This document shows positions 53,128-64,000 of a stretch of DNA of 64,000 nt, piece after piece. Numbering within the stretch: the first letter of the stretch is position 1; the number at the start of each line of letters is the position of its first letter. This stretch comes from Candidatus Latescibacterota bacterium (GTDB lineage: Bacteria > Latescibacterota > UBA2968 > UBA8231): the NCBI GenBank assembly GCA_965215195.1, contig CBDCDC010000002.1, forward strand, positions 4,032,001 to 4,096,000. Reading direction: 5' to 3'. Below the pieces are notes generated by a model. It was not told the DNA's origin. It saw only the letters and a list, made by a program, of their open reading frames with translations, and did no database searches. A program made the translations under genes and the position numbers.

Positions 53128-56100
53128 AGAGGAAGCTGTTCGGGGCGGCGGCCGTTTTGGTCCTCGGCCTCGTCGCGCTCACGCCCTTAGGGCCGGCCGC
53201 GCTCGCACACCTGCTAGAGCGCGGGGTTGGGGGGTGGCAGGTCTCCATCGGCGGTCGCGGGGGGGGCTTGCTCTACGGGTTTTCCCTTTCCGACTTGCGC
53301 TGCCAAAACCCGGTGCTGGGGGTGGCCGTCGATGTGGAGCACCTCGCCGTGCGGCCGTGGTCTTGGGCCGTCGATGTGCAGGCACCCAAGGTGCGAATTG
53401 AACCAGTCGCCGCAGCCGATGCGCCCGCCGCGCCCGCGGACATCGAGCTACCCATCGCCTTCCTGCCCAACCTCAACGCGACCGCCGGCGCGCTTGATTG
53501 GCAGTTGGGCGAAACGCGGATCGTGGCGCAGGACTGGCGCGGCGCGTATCGCGTAGCAGCCGACACCTTGGCGTACTTAGAGCTGGCCTTGTCCGACTTG
53601 CAGGGAGTGCCGCTGCGCTCGCTAACGCTGGAGCTTGCGCTCAGTCCGCACCGCATTGACCGCGGGGAGGTGCGGGCCGTGGGCATTAGCGACAGTCTAA
53701 GGGCCGCCCTGCACGCCTCGTTTTCCTTGGGGCTGAAGTTGCCGCGGCCTTTGCAGGTGGACGCCGAGGCAACAGTAGAGGCCGATTCCGTGCGGGGTTC
53801 CCTAGCCGCGGAGATAGACGGGGCGTTGACGCCGCTGCAGCTAGGCGGGGCGCTCAGGGGCGAGGGGAGTGCGCCAGCTATCTCGGCTGTGGACCTGCGC
53901 GGGCGCGTACGCGCCGACAGTACACGCCTAGTGCTGGACTCTCTACTCGTCTCTTTATTCGACGGCACTCTCACGGGTGCGGCGATTTATTTTCCCGGCC
54001 GCGACAGCTTGCAGGCCCAACTGCGGGGCGAGGGATTTGACCTTGCGCTAGCAGCCCCCTTTGCGGGGCGGGCGGAATTCGATCTAGCGGCTGGAGTGCA
54101 TTTGCAGCACCAGCGCTATGCAGCGGACTTTGCCGCCCGCCTGCGCGATGTGGATCTAATTCCCGATCAGCGGTTCGACGCCGAGATAAAGGCTTGGCAC
54201 CGGCCCGATGGAGCGACTCGTCTCGACCTGCAATCGCCCTTGCTGGAGCTTGTGGCCACTGGCTCTTCGAGCTTAGAGGGAGATTACGACCTCGCGCTAA
54301 CGGGCGCGGTGCAGGCGGCGTCTGTTTTGCGCGGCGCAGCGCCCGTAGCCATGGCCGGGCGGGCCAAGCCCGACACGCTGGCGTTGCAGCTAACGGCCAG
54401 CCATCTCCCCGGCGAATTGGGCGAGGAGTTTGGGCCGCTCGCCGCAGACCTACACCTGTTCGCCAACCGCTACCTCGCGGCCGCCCTGCGCCTAGAGCGC
54501 GATCTCCTAGTAGCGCGGGCAGACATCGACCTAGGGAGCAGCGAGGTCGATACGCTCGTGGCGGCCGTGAACGGACTGGCGCTGGCGCGGGTCATGCCCG
54601 GGTTGGGCGGGCGGCTCGCCGCGAATTTGCGCGGGGGGGGTGAGCTGTCGCTCAACGCGCTGCGGTTGGATGGGCGCGTTGCGACCACGCCGCTAGAGTA
54701 CGCGGGTTGGCAGAGCGGCGAACTCGCGCTGGACCTAGGCTGGGACCGGGGCGCGGCGCGGGGGGCCGGCGGCGGGCCGGGCGTGAGCGTACTGGCGGCG
54801 CTAGACGCGGCCGGGCACTTAACGGCTCGAGCGGATTTTGCCGATACCTTGTTGCGGGGGGCCAACGGCGCAGTGGCCGCACTGGACGGTACTTTGCGCT
54901 GGGACGGGCCGTTGGACAGCCTACACGCGGCTCAAGGGGGCCTCGCGCTCGACGCGCTCTTGCTGCGGCAGGGGGAATGGACGCTGCAAAACTACGGTCC
55001 CCTCCAGGCCGACTATGGCGACGGGCGCATGGACCTCGCGGCGGTACAACTGCAAACGCCGGTCGGCCTAGTGGGCCTTTCAGGTTGGGTCGGCAGGGAT
55101 TCGCTCGCGGTTGCAGCAGAGATGCCGGCCCTCGCGCTGTCTAATCTCGTGCCCGACCTCAGCGCGGCGGGCGACGGGCATCTGCGGGTCAGCGGCACCC
55201 TAGCGCGGCCAGAGGCCCAAGGCGTGGTGACGCTGGCGGAGATGCGCCTCGACACCCTCGCCCTCGGCAGTGCTCGGCTGCGCCTTGCGCTGGCGGATTC
55301 GCTCCTTACCGAGTTCAGCGCCGATGCCGGCGTGCGCCTTGCGCTCACCTGCCCGGCCGCACCGCTCTTCGGGCCGGGGGAAGCCCCGGCGCGGCTCGCA
55401 ATTGAGGCGGTGGCAGCCGACTTGGGGCCGGTGCTCAGTTATGCTTTGGGACGCCCGCTGCACGGGCGGCTCAACCTCGACGGGCACTTAGAAGCGGCCT
55501 TAGGGGATTCCATGCCGAGCTGGCGGGACTTGTCCGGGCATATCGACGTGCGCGGCTTGTCCATCGAGAGCCAAGCCACGGTTGACTCCCTGCGGCTGGA
55601 CCTCCTGTCCGGCGGGCGATTCGCGCTCGGCGAGGGCCGCGTAGTGCTGGACTCGGTGGCGATTGGCTTGCGGCACTACGACCGCGACCGCCTCGCCGTA
55701 CAGCCGGCCGGCACCTTGCGGCTGGCGGGTCAACTAGCGGGCGAAGGTTCGCAAATCGGGCTGACCCTCGAAGACTCGGGCTTGGCTTTCTTCGGCGGCC
55801 CCAAGGGCTTGGTCCAGCTCGACGCCGAGGTCCGCGGCACAGCATCCGCTCCCCAGCTCGCCGTCGATCTGGCCGTGGCAACCGCGGACCTCGGACAGTT
55901 GCGCGGGAGGCTCGTCGGCGACCGGGACGGCGGCGATTGGCATTTGAACTGGACGACCTTGCTCGACGACAGCCTCACCGTGGTCGGTCGAGTGCCTTGG
56001 GATTTGCAGGCCGGCGCACTCTCCTTAGACGAGGGCTGGCTAGAGGCGCGTTCCGACGGCATCGGACTCCTCTTCCTCGGCGACCTAATAGCCGAATTGG

Positions 56101-57401
56101 ACCATCTCGACGGCCGGATTAGCGCGGATCTGCGGGCCGAGGGGCTGGATTCAACGCTCTCGTTACAAGGCCAAGTAGGGGTCGAGGACCTCGAATTTGC
56201 CCTGCTCGATCTAGAGCCGATCTACGCGCTGCCCGACGGGCACTTGCAATTCAAGGGCCGGAAGGTCGAATTGGTGGGCTTCGCCATCGAGAAAGAACCT
56301 AAGCGGGGATTTCGCAGCGCGGCGCTCACCGGGCAGCTCGACCTAGCGCAGCTCGACGACCCTAGCTTTGACTTGCGGCTCCAAGCCGAGCGGTTGACCT
56401 CCTACTACGAGGACGTCGCCCAGTCGTTTAAGGCGGACGACATCGACTTGGAGCTGTCTTTCGCCGGCTCGATCAGCGCATCTGAGTTGGCGGGACGCAT
56501 CCGCCTCGACCGGCCGCGTTCCGAGGCGAGCCTCGTAGTCTTCAACGCGCCCTCCGTGCCACCGCCGCCGCCGGCCTTGCGCGACGAGTTTTTGGAAAAC
56601 CTCGCCCTCGCGGTCGAGGTCGATATCCGCGGCCTCACCCTCGACAGCGAGCTAGCCGAGGTCGAAGCGTCGGGTGCGGTCGAGGTCGGCGGCACTTTCT
56701 ACAAGCCGCTCTTCCAAGGCGATATAACAATAGACGAAGGGCAGGTCTTCGTACTCAGCCAGAAGTTCAACATCACACAGGGGCGCGTCGTCTTCAACCG
56801 CTTAGCACCGACTAAATCGATCCTCGATGTGATGTACGACCCCCTCGAACTGAATCCCACACTCGATTTGCAGGCCGAGACCGAGGAAATCACAGACATT
56901 CAGGACCAAGAGAAATACGTAGTGACTTTGACCCTGCAAGGGCCGGCTCAGAAGATCGTGCCGGATTTTTCAGCGGCCTCGGAGAACCCGGACTTAGATC
57001 CGCTGGACGACTTTAGCATCGTCAACCTGCTGGCCTTTAACATGGCGAACCTCGACTACACCGCGGCCTTTGGCTCAACCGCCGCGGCCTTTAATACGAC
57101 CGCCGTGGCCTTTGGCACGGCCGCCGGCCAGCTCTTGAGCAAGCAAGTCGAAAAGGTAGGGCTTAATGAATTCACGGTTCTGCCGTCGAGCACTGGGGAT
57201 CCAGTCCTCCGCGCGGGCAAGTACCTCGATGGGTTGCCCCTGCCTCTTTGGGTGCGCTACGAGGCCCTGCTAGAAGAGATGGCCGCGGGCGAGGTGCAGG
57301 TCGAACACAAGATCAAGTCCTTTCTGACCATCGTCGGCTCGGCGCAAAGCAAGCACGACAACTATGGGCTGGGCATCGGTCTGAAGCGAGAGTTCCGATG
57401 A
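53124..57401 (+). CDS. tamB: TamB/AsmA-like translocation and assembly module protein
   Basis: 1425 aa, N-terminal anchor, beta-rich body, G.L..P...G motifs; adjacent to an Omp85 gene. Confidence 0.75.
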   Translation: MKRKLFGAAAVLVLGLVALTPLGPAALAHLLERGVGGWQVSIGGRGGGLLYGFSLSDLRCQNPVLGVAVDVEHLAVRPWSWAVDVQAPKVRIEPVAAADAPAAPADIELPIAFLPNLNATAGALDWQLGETRIVAQDWRGAYRVAADTLAYLELALSDLQGVPLRSLTLELALSPHRIDRGEVRAVGISDSLRAALHASFSLGLKLPRPLQVDAEATVEADSVRGSLAAEIDGALTPLQLGGALRGEGSAPAISAVDLRGRVRADSTRLVLDSLLVSLFDGTLTGAAIYFPGRDSLQAQLRGEGFDLALAAPFAGRAEFDLAAGVHLQHQRYAADFAARLRDVDLIPDQRFDAEIKAWHRPDGATRLDLQSPLLELVATGSSSLEGDYDLALTGAVQAASVLRGAAPVAMAGRAKPDTLALQLTASHLPGELGEEFGPLAADLHLFANRYLAAALRLERDLLVARADIDLGSSEVDTLVAAVNGLALARVMPGLGGRLAANLRGGGELSLNALRLDGRVATTPLEYAGWQSGELALDLGWDRGAARGAGGGPGVSVLAALDAAGHLTARADFADTLLRGANGAVAALDGTLRWDGPLDSLHAAQGGLALDALLLRQGEWTLQNYGPLQADYGDGRMDLAAVQLQTPVGLVGLSGWVGRDSLAVAAEMPALALSNLVPDLSAAGDGHLRVSGTLARPEAQGVVTLAEMRLDTLALGSARLRLALADSLLTEFSADAGVRLALTCPAAPLFGPGEAPARLAIEAVAADLGPVLSYALGRPLHGRLNLDGHLEAALGDSMPSWRDLSGHIDVRGLSIESQATVDSLRLDLLSGGRFALGEGRVVLDSVAIGLRHYDRDRLAVQPAGTLRLAGQLAGEGSQIGLTLEDSGLAFFGGPKGLVQLDAEVRGTASAPQLAVDLAVATADLGQLRGRLVGDRDGGDWHLNWTTLLDDSLTVVGRVPWDLQAGALSLDEGWLEARSDGIGLLFLGDLIAELDHLDGRISADLRAEGLDSTLSLQGQVGVEDLEFALLDLEPIYALPDGHLQFKGRKVELVGFAIEKEPKRGFRSAALTGQLDLAQLDDPSFDLRLQAERLTSYYEDVAQSFKADDIDLELSFAGSISASELAGRIRLDRPRSEASLVVFNAPSVPPPPPALRDEFLENLALAVEVDIRGLTLDSELAEVEASGAVEVGGTFYKPLFQGDITIDEGQVFVLSQKFNITQGRVVFNRLAPTKSILDVMYDPLELNPTLDLQAETEEITDIQDQEKYVVTLTLQGPAQKIVPDFSAASENPDLDPLDDFSIVNLLAFNMANLDYTAAFGSTAAAFNTTAVAFGTAAGQLLSKQVEKVGLNEFTVLPSSTGDPVLRAGKYLDGLPLPLWVRYEALLEEMAAGEVQVEHKIKSFLTIVGSAQSKHDNYGLGIGLKREFR

Positions 57402-59464
57402 GCGTACTCGCCGCTGTGCTCTGTCTGGCCCTCGCCGAGGACGTCTTGGCCCAAGGGGAGCTACGCGAAACATCGGCCCGCGAAGCCGATGGCCACAAGG
57501 TGGCCCAGATACGCTTTGTTCACCGCGGCGAAAAGCGCATCAAAGGCGAGACTTTGCGCTCGGCCATGCTGACCCAAGAAGGCAAGCGCTTCCAGCGCCG
57601 CTTCTTCAAAAACGACCTGAGCGGACTGGTCAACCTCTACCACAGCAAGGGCTATCGCGACGCCGCGATCGTCCGCAAGTACCTGCGCTTGGACGCCAAA
57701 GACCGGGTCCACATTCACATTGAAATCGACAGCGGTGCGCTGTGGAGGGTGCGCACCCTAACGCTCTTAGGGGGTGCGCCCTTTGCGGCCGACACCTTGC
57801 GCGCTCAAGTCAGCTTGCGCGCCGGCGACGCCCTCGACTACGGCAAGGTACTCGAAGGCGAGCGCCAGTTACAGGTTTTCCTCAATCAGCGCGGCTACCC
57901 GCACGCGGCAGTGCGCAACGAGTGGGTGGGGGACGACCCCGCTAGCCGCAGCACCGAGGTCGTTTTCCGCATTGATCCCGGGCGCAAGATGTACTTTGGC
58001 GCCGTCGAGGTCGAAAACCTCGATCAGCTATACACGCGCAAGGACCTAATTGAGCGCTATCTACACTTTGCGCAGGGGGACTTGTACGATCCCGAGCAGC
58101 TAGCCAAAAGCCGCGAGCAACTGGCGCGCACCGGCCTGTTCCGCTCGGTCTTTTTGCTCACCCCCGAGACGGGCGACAGCTTGCAGCCGGTCGTGGTTCG
58201 CCTGAGCGAAAAAAAGCGCATCTCCCTAAGTAGCGAAGTCCTCTTCAGCAACATTGAGCCGCGCGTGGAAGGGCTCGTACAGCACAACAACTGGCTGGGC
58301 CGCGGCGCTCGGCTCAGCCTCGACGCCAGTTGGGGGAAGCCAGAGCAGGGCGTCACCGCGTCCTTTACCGAGCGCAACTTGCTGGGCACGGGTGCCGACT
58401 TAGTGCTGTCGGCCGGAGTCACCGACGAGTGGGGAGACAAAAAGGTGCTGGGCGACCCAGACAATCGGCGTCAATTCGCGCTTTTGACGGCCAACGATTC
58501 GGTGCTCAACAACATCTTGTTCTTCTTCGGGGAAGCGACCGCACGGGAGTACATCAGCACGGCCTCGTACGGCTACCGTTCGGTCGAGCACTTGTGGAAA
58601 GCCGAAGCAACGCTCACCAAGAGTTGGCGCGAGATCTACCAAGCCCAAGTCTCCCTTAGCGGGGAAGACTCGCGCACCCAGCCCGAGCGGAGCGGGCGCA
58701 TCGCTTACTCACCTAAGCCCCTCGAGTCCAGCGACGAGCCGACCGATGCAGACGATCTGTTTGGCGACGATGACTTCGACTACTCTGGCAAAGGCAATTC
58801 CTTCGCCCAAGACGAGGTTTTAGACTACAGCGATGGCGAGATTCCAATAACTGCGAAGTGGTTGCAGATTCTGACCACGCGCAAGCGATCGGTCGACTTG
58901 AGCACCGAGTTTTTGCGCGACTCGCGCGACGACCCCTTTGCCCCCACGCGCGGCGCGTTCTTGCGGCTGATCGGACTCTATGCCTACGCCTTCATTCTAG
59001 GGAAAGGTCCGACTTATGTGATCGATGGCGAGGCCGAGTTTCGGTATTACCAACCGCTCTCGCGCCGGCTGGTGTTGGCCCTAGCCCTGCAAGGGACGCG
59101 GACGGCCTCGCTGCGTCGGGGACGCCCACTACCGCAGGATTACTGGAAGGAGTACGGGGGCGAGGGGTCCCTGCGCGGCGTTGAGTACGACGCCATACAC
59201 GTGCTGGGCGGCGGACGCTTGGGCCTGAATATGCGCGGGGAATTGCGCTATCAGCAAAACAGCTTCGGCCTCGTTGGCTTTTGGGATCGGGCGCAGGTCT
59301 GGCGCCGGCCAAGCGAGGCGACCTTGCGGCAGATGGTGGATGGCTATGGGGTGGGGTTGCGCTACGTCTTGGGCTTTCCCTTCCGCCTTGACGTGGCGTT
59401 CAACGACGGGTTTGATAGCGAGCAAAAATATCGCTTGTATTTTTCCATTGGTCAGGCTTTCTAA
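57398..59464 (+). CDS. Omp85-family (TamA/BamA-like) outer membrane protein
   Basis: POTRA-like repeats (Y...GY..A), GG..SLRG, G.GLRY, C-terminal FSIGQAF. Confidence 0.88.
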   Translation: MSVLAAVLCLALAEDVLAQGELRETSAREADGHKVAQIRFVHRGEKRIKGETLRSAMLTQEGKRFQRRFFKNDLSGLVNLYHSKGYRDAAIVRKYLRLDAKDRVHIHIEIDSGALWRVRTLTLLGGAPFAADTLRAQVSLRAGDALDYGKVLEGERQLQVFLNQRGYPHAAVRNEWVGDDPASRSTEVVFRIDPGRKMYFGAVEVENLDQLYTRKDLIERYLHFAQGDLYDPEQLAKSREQLARTGLFRSVFLLTPETGDSLQPVVVRLSEKKRISLSSEVLFSNIEPRVEGLVQHNNWLGRGARLSLDASWGKPEQGVTASFTERNLLGTGADLVLSAGVTDEWGDKKVLGDPDNRRQFALLTANDSVLNNILFFFGEATAREYISTASYGYRSVEHLWKAEATLTKSWREIYQAQVSLSGEDSRTQPERSGRIAYSPKPLESSDEPTDADDLFGDDDFDYSGKGNSFAQDEVLDYSDGEIPITAKWLQILTTRKRSVDLSTEFLRDSRDDPFAPTRGAFLRLIGLYAYAFILGKGPTYVIDGEAEFRYYQPLSRRLVLALALQGTRTASLRRGRPLPQDYWKEYGGEGSLRGVEYDAIHVLGGGRLGLNMRGELRYQQNSFGLVGFWDRAQVWRRPSEATLRQMVDGYGVGLRYVLGFPFRLDVAFNDGFDSEQKYRLYFSIGQAF

Positions 59465-60325
59465 GTGGTCGAAATAATACATCACGCCAGCGCCAACGAG
59501 CTTATTGCGCTTGCAGGTGCTTGCCTCGAAGCGCACGAGAGCGAAAACAACTTGCCGCTCGGCCTCGCGTACGCGCTCGCCCAGGATCCCCTGCGCTACG
59601 GGCCTGAGCCACCGCTATTATTGAGCGTCTTGGAGCAAGGTGAAGTGGTCGGCGTGGCCGTAATGACGCCGCCGCGGAGAATCGTCCTGAGCAAGTTCAT
59701 CGCGAATGTCAAAGAGGCTATGGCTCCTCTCGTGCGCTACCTACTTGCAATGGATGCGCCCATCCCTGGCGTTGTGGGGCCGGCGTCCGCAGCGCAAGCC
59801 TTTTCCGCTTGCTGGGCCGAGGCCGTGCCCAGCGCATCGCCTATGGAGGCCACGCGGATGCGCGTATTTGAGGCGCACACGGTCGCCGATGTACCCCTTG
59901 CTGCGGGAGCGTTGCGCTTGACCGGCATGGACGATCATCCGCTCATGGCGCAGTGGATGGACGCCTTTGCGCAAGAGGCATTAGGCGAACCAGCCGATCT
60001 CGACGGGGCCGTGAAAAGCTCCGAGCGGTCCATCGCCGACGGGCGACTGCACATTTGGGATTGCAATGGGCCGGTCTCCATTGCCCAAGAGACGCGCCCG
60101 ACGAGAAACGGCACGACGATCAGCGCGGTGTACACGCCGCCCGAGCAGCGCAACAAGGGATACGCCACTTCATGCGTCGCGTCGTTGACCCAAAAACTGC
60201 TCTCCGAGCACTATTCATTTTGCAGCCTATTTGCCGACTTAGCCAATCCAACCTCCAACAGCATCTATGCAAGAATCGGCTACGTGCCTTTGGGCGATGC
60301 GTTGGAATTTGATTTCGCTACCTAA
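59465..60325 (+). CDS. GNAT-family N-acetyltransferase
   Basis: [29 protein letters not shown]. Confidence 0.88.
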   Translation: MVEIIHHASANELIALAGACLEAHESENNLPLGLAYALAQDPLRYGPEPPLLLSVLEQGEVVGVAVMTPPRRIVLSKFIANVKEAMAPLVRYLLAMDAPIPGVVGPASAAQAFSACWAEAVPSASPMEATRMRVFEAHTVADVPLAAGALRLTGMDDHPLMAQWMDAFAQEALGEPADLDGAVKSSERSIADGRLHIWDCNGPVSIAQETRPTRNGTTISAVYTPPEQRNKGYATSCVASLTQKLLSEHYSFCSLFADLANPTSNSIYARIGYVPLGDALEFDFAT

Positions 60326-60363
60326 AATCCGCTGCCAGACGGCAGCTTCTCAAAAGAGCTTTT

Positions 60364-62205
60364 ATGCAATCGTTTCGCAGCAGTACCACCACGCAGGGGC
60401 GGCGCATGGCCGGAGCGCGTGCTCTGTGGCGCGCCACCGGCATGAAGACCGAGGACTTTCAAAAGCCCATCGTCGCCATTGCCAACTCCTTTGCCCAGTT
60501 CGTGCCCGGACACGTGCATTTGCACCCCATCGGCCAGCAGGTCAAGGAAGTGATCGACCAGCACGGCGGCTATGGCGTGGAGTTCAACACCATTGCCGTT
60601 GACGACGGCATTGCCATGGGCCACGACGGGATGCTCTACTCCCTGCCGAGCCGCGAGCTAATCGCCGACAGCGTCGAGTACATGGTGCAGGCCCACAAGG
60701 CCGACGCCCTCGTCTGCATTTCCAATTGCGACAAGATCACTCCGGGCATGTTGCTGGCCACGCTCAGGCTCAACATCCCGGCGATCTTCGTCTCGGGCGG
60801 GCCCATGGAGGCCGGCAAGGCCGAGCTGTCAACGGGCCGCGCCAAGCTCGATTTGGTCGACTCCATGGTCGCCGCGGCCGACCCCAACTTGAGCGACGAG
60901 GACGTGGCCAAGATGGAGGAACAAGCCTGCCCGACTTGTGGCTCGTGTTCGGGCATGTTCACCGCCAACTCCATGAACTGCCTCAACGAAGCCATCGGCC
61001 TAGCCCTGCCGGGCAACGGCACCATCCTCGCCACGCACGCGCTGCGCTGGGAGCTTTTTGCCGCGGCCGGCAAGCGGATTGTCGAAATGGCCAAGGCGTT
61101 TTACCTAGCGGGCGACCCTTCGGTGCTGCCGCGCAGCATTGCGACCTTCTCGGCGTTTGAAAACGCCATGACCTTAGACATTGCCATGGGCGGATCCACC
61201 AACACGGTCCTGCACCTGTTGGCCATGGCCCGCGAGGCCGAAGTCAATTTCACCATGGCCGACATCGACCGGCTCTCGCGGCAGGTCCCTTGTATCTGCA
61301 AGGTGGCGCCGGCTTCGCAGGAGTTTCACCTAGAGGACGTCGCGCGCGCCGGTGGCATTATGAGCATCTTAGGCGAGCTATTGTGCGCCGGCAAAATCCA
61401 CCCGGAACCGAGGACCGTTGCCGGGCCGTCGCTGGGCGAGCTGATCGCCGCCAACGACATTCGCGGGTCGGGTGCGGTGGAAGCGATGGCCGAGCAGCGG
61501 GCGTTGGCGGCCCCGGGCAACGTGCGGACGAAGACCGCCTTCTCCCAGAACAACTTTTACCCCGAGTCGGACACGGACGATCAAACGGGCTGCATCCGCT
61601 CGGTCGCACACGCCTATTCGCAGGACGGCGGGCTGGCAGTGCTGTTCGGCAACATCGCCGAGGAGGGCTGCATCGTGAAGACGGCTGGGGTCGATGAGTC
61701 GATCTGGGTGTTTGAAGGCGCGGCCCGGATATTCGAATCCCAAGACGAGGCATGCGAGGGCATCCTCGGCGGCAAGGTCCGCGACGGCGACGTGGTAGTG
61801 ATCCGCTACGAGGGCCCCAAGGGCGGGCCGGGGATGCAGGAGATGCTCTATCCAACGTCGTACCTCAAGTCCATGGGACTGGGCAAGACTTGTGCGCTGT
61901 TGACCGACGGCCGCTTTTCCGGCGGCACCTCCGGGCTGTCGATTGGCCACGTCTCGCCGGAGGCGGCCGAGGGCGGGGCTCTGGCCTTGGTGGAAACCGG
62001 CGACCGGATTCGCATCGACATTCCCAATCGCAAAATCGACGTGCTACTCGCGGACGCTGCGCTCTCGGCGCGCCGGCAAAAAATAGATGCCTATCGGCCC
62101 CGCAACCGCCAACGTCCCGTCCCCCAATCGCTCCAGGCGTATGCCGCCCTGACGACGAGCGCGGCGCACGGAGCCGTGCGGGACGTGGGACAACTGCAGA
62201 AATAG
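60364..62205 (+). CDS. ilvD: Dihydroxy-acid dehydratase
   Basis: [63 protein letters not shown]. Confidence 0.97.
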   Translation: MQSFRSSTTTQGRRMAGARALWRATGMKTEDFQKPIVAIANSFAQFVPGHVHLHPIGQQVKEVIDQHGGYGVEFNTIAVDDGIAMGHDGMLYSLPSRELIADSVEYMVQAHKADALVCISNCDKITPGMLLATLRLNIPAIFVSGGPMEAGKAELSTGRAKLDLVDSMVAAADPNLSDEDVAKMEEQACPTCGSCSGMFTANSMNCLNEAIGLALPGNGTILATHALRWELFAAAGKRIVEMAKAFYLAGDPSVLPRSIATFSAFENAMTLDIAMGGSTNTVLHLLAMAREAEVNFTMADIDRLSRQVPCICKVAPASQEFHLEDVARAGGIMSILGELLCAGKIHPEPRTVAGPSLGELIAANDIRGSGAVEAMAEQRALAAPGNVRTKTAFSQNNFYPESDTDDQTGCIRSVAHAYSQDGGLAVLFGNIAEEGCIVKTAGVDESIWVFEGAARIFESQDEACEGILGGKVRDGDVVVIRYEGPKGGPGMQEMLYPTSYLKSMGLGKTCALLTDGRFSGGTSGLSIGHVSPEAAEGGALALVETGDRIRIDIPNRKIDVLLADAALSARRQKIDAYRPRNRQRPVPQSLQAYAALTTSAAHGAVRDVGQLQK

Positions 62206-62242
62206 CTTTGCGCTCAGCCCAAGTCGGTTGGATCCTCGCGGC

Positions 62243-62470
62243 ATGGAAAGCAGTTTGTCGAGGCCGTGATCAGGCCGAGGCCGACTACGAGAATGTCGCC
62301 CAATTTGATGATCACGCGCTACTCAAGTGCTCGAAGCTCGGACCGCACTTCTTGCATCTCGGACCGCAGGCCGGCTTCGCGGGTTAGCAGGTCCGCCTTG
62401 GTCGCCACCGCTTACTCTTCCCCGAATCCGGCTGTTGGAGCCTCTTTGCGGCTTTGTGCATATCGAGCCT
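62243..62470 (-). pseudogene. DUF1640/CCDC90-like coiled-coil-TM pseudogene
   Basis: Fragments D.HKAAKRLQ/AGFGEE*/VATKADL...ELRALE*RVIIKLG.ILVVGLG, with stops at 62412-14 and 62319-21 and a frameshift. Confidence 0.6.
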
Positions 62471-62614
62471 CGCTAAAAAAAGGTCTGTACCGCCCGGTGG
62501 TAGCGTTATTCGACCATCCCAATCCGAGATTACAACAGGCCCGGCGTCGGCTAAGAATGGATTTGAAGCCCCTCTCGCGTATGTATACATTGCCTTGCAC
62601 ACAAAGGGAACTCC

Positions 62615-63571
62615 ATGAAAATCACAGTACTAGACGGACACACTCTAAACCCCGGCGACAACCCCTGGGATCCAGTCGCGGCGTTGGGCGAGTTTGCGGT
62701 GTACGACAAAACTCCTGACGACCTGATTTTGCAGCGGGCTGCGGACGCCGACGTGATTTTGACCAACAAGGTGCCCCTGACGGCTGAGGCGTTTGCCCAG
62801 CTACCCAATTTGCGCTTCGTGTCGGTTATGGCCACCGGGTACAACATCGTCGATGTGGAAGCCGCACGTGCCCGCGCCATTCCGGTGTCGAACATTCCGG
62901 TGTACGGCACCGACTCGGTCGCCCAATACACCATGGCCCTGCTGCTGGAGCTGTGCCACCGAATAGGGCATCACGACGCAGCAGTGCATCGAGGGGGCTG
63001 GGCTGAATCGGGCTATTGGTGTTTCTGGGAGACGCCGCTGATGGAGCTCGCCGGGAAAATTATCGGCCTCGTGGGCTTTGGGCGCATCGGACAGCGCGTC
63101 GGCGAGCTGGCCCACGCCTTCGGCATGGAGGTCTGGGCGTATGCGCCGTCGCCCAAGGCCCCGCCGGGGTACGCGCCGTTTGCCCTCAAGAGCACGGCCG
63201 AGATTTTCGCCGGAGCCGACGTGGTCAGCTTGCACTGCCCGCAGACGCCCGACAACACTGGCTTTGTCAACGCCGAGTTGTTGGCGACCATGAAGGAAGG
63301 GTCGCTCTTGATCAACACGGCGCGCGGAGCACTCGTCGATGAACAGGCCCTTTTGCAGGCCCTGCGCGCCGGCAAGCCCCGAGCCGCGGCCACGGACGTG
63401 GCTTCGGTTGAGCCGATTGCCAGCGGCAACCCGCTCTTGCAGGCACCGAATCTGCTCATCACGCCGCATATTGCTTGGGCCACGCTAGAGGCGCGCAAGC
63501 GACTGATGCAAATGACGGCAGAAAACGTGCGGGCCTTTTTGGCCGGCGCGCCGATCAACGTGGTGAACTGA
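62615..63571 (+). CDS. D-2-hydroxyacid (glycerate/hydroxypyruvate) dehydrogenase
   Basis: LDG.TLNPGD, ATGYN.VD, GFGRIG, SLHCP, INTARG, TPHIAWA. Confidence 0.92.
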   Translation: MKITVLDGHTLNPGDNPWDPVAALGEFAVYDKTPDDLILQRAADADVILTNKVPLTAEAFAQLPNLRFVSVMATGYNIVDVEAARARAIPVSNIPVYGTDSVAQYTMALLLELCHRIGHHDAAVHRGGWAESGYWCFWETPLMELAGKIIGLVGFGRIGQRVGELAHAFGMEVWAYAPSPKAPPGYAPFALKSTAEIFAGADVVSLHCPQTPDNTGFVNAELLATMKEGSLLINTARGALVDEQALLQALRAGKPRAAATDVASVEPIASGNPLLQAPNLLITPHIAWATLEARKRLMQMTAENVRAFLAGAPINVVN

Positions 63572-63671
63572 GCGAGCGTTGGCCAGCCTCAGTTCGAGTT
63601 CGCCGCCTGCTCTGCCTTCTCGACTCGCCTCTGGCACCCAGAACAAGACATCAAAACCTGAGGAGAGGGAC

Positions 63672-64000
63672 ATGGAAGAACTCAATGACGGCAGGCCCTT
63701 CGCCACGCTCGAAGACGCCCGCGATGCAGTCCGGGAACTAAAGGCGACCTCCGGCCTGCCGGCCGGCGGCCTAAGAGTCCGGGTGCGCGGCCGGGTTCAC
63801 GCACTGGCGCACGGTGTGCGCTTCGGCCCGGAGGACTCGGGCACGGCCGCAACGCCCATCGCGTATTGCGCTGCTGAGGGCGAGACGGTGCGCCTCTTGG
63901 GCGGCCGGCAGCTCGACCCGGCGGCGTGGACGCCGGTGATCGATCCCGCGGTCCGGGCCCGTCTGGCCGAGGGGGCGAAAGAGCACGTCGTGCAGATCGA
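63672..64000 (+). CDS. Right-handed beta-helix protein (GH141-like), 3'-partial
   Basis: RBS aggagag; hand translation MEELNDGRPFATLEDARDAVR...FGPEDSGTAATPIAY.A..GE.V.L.GG. Confidence 0.75.
   Translation, partial: MEELNDGRPFATLEDARDAVRELKATSGLPAGGLRVRVRGRVHALAHGVRFGPEDSGTAATPIAYCAAEGETVRLLGGRQLDPAAWTPVIDPAVRARLAEGAKEHVVQI

Overview
GC-rich bacterial chromosome segment. Gene content (DUF6785-like transporter, FlgD/CHU_C-tailed secreted proteins, a C-terminal SWGRIK motif, TamB/Omp85) suggests a diderm of the FCB group, probably Latescibacterota/Gemmatimonadota-like; this is inference only. Layout: (1) 1-9740, a co-oriented Ser/Thr phospho-signalling locus (4 FHA proteins, trypsin-like protease, vWA plus MotA/TolQ pair, PP2C, ankyrin protein, Hanks kinase). 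It ends in an FGE-sulfatase/C-lectin-fold gene whose last ~40 codons look like a diversity-generating retroelement (DGR) variable region, followed by hairpins and a truncated HRDC-type accessory gene; no reverse transcriptase or template repeat was found in the window. (2) 9800-14170, small accessory genes, two metabolic genes and tRNA-Thr(UGU). (3) 14435-37243, a 23-kb minus-strand cluster of largely unknown envelope/secreted proteins. (4) 37400-64000, mostly housekeeping genes (ABC-2 exporter, acyl-ACP desaturase, pspA, manC-like, ispH with three BMC pentamers, tamB/omp85, ilvD, 2-hydroxyacid dehydrogenase), including a 629-bp inverted duplication flanking 3.8 kb and several pseudogenes. All family calls come from motif recognition by eye, not from database searches.
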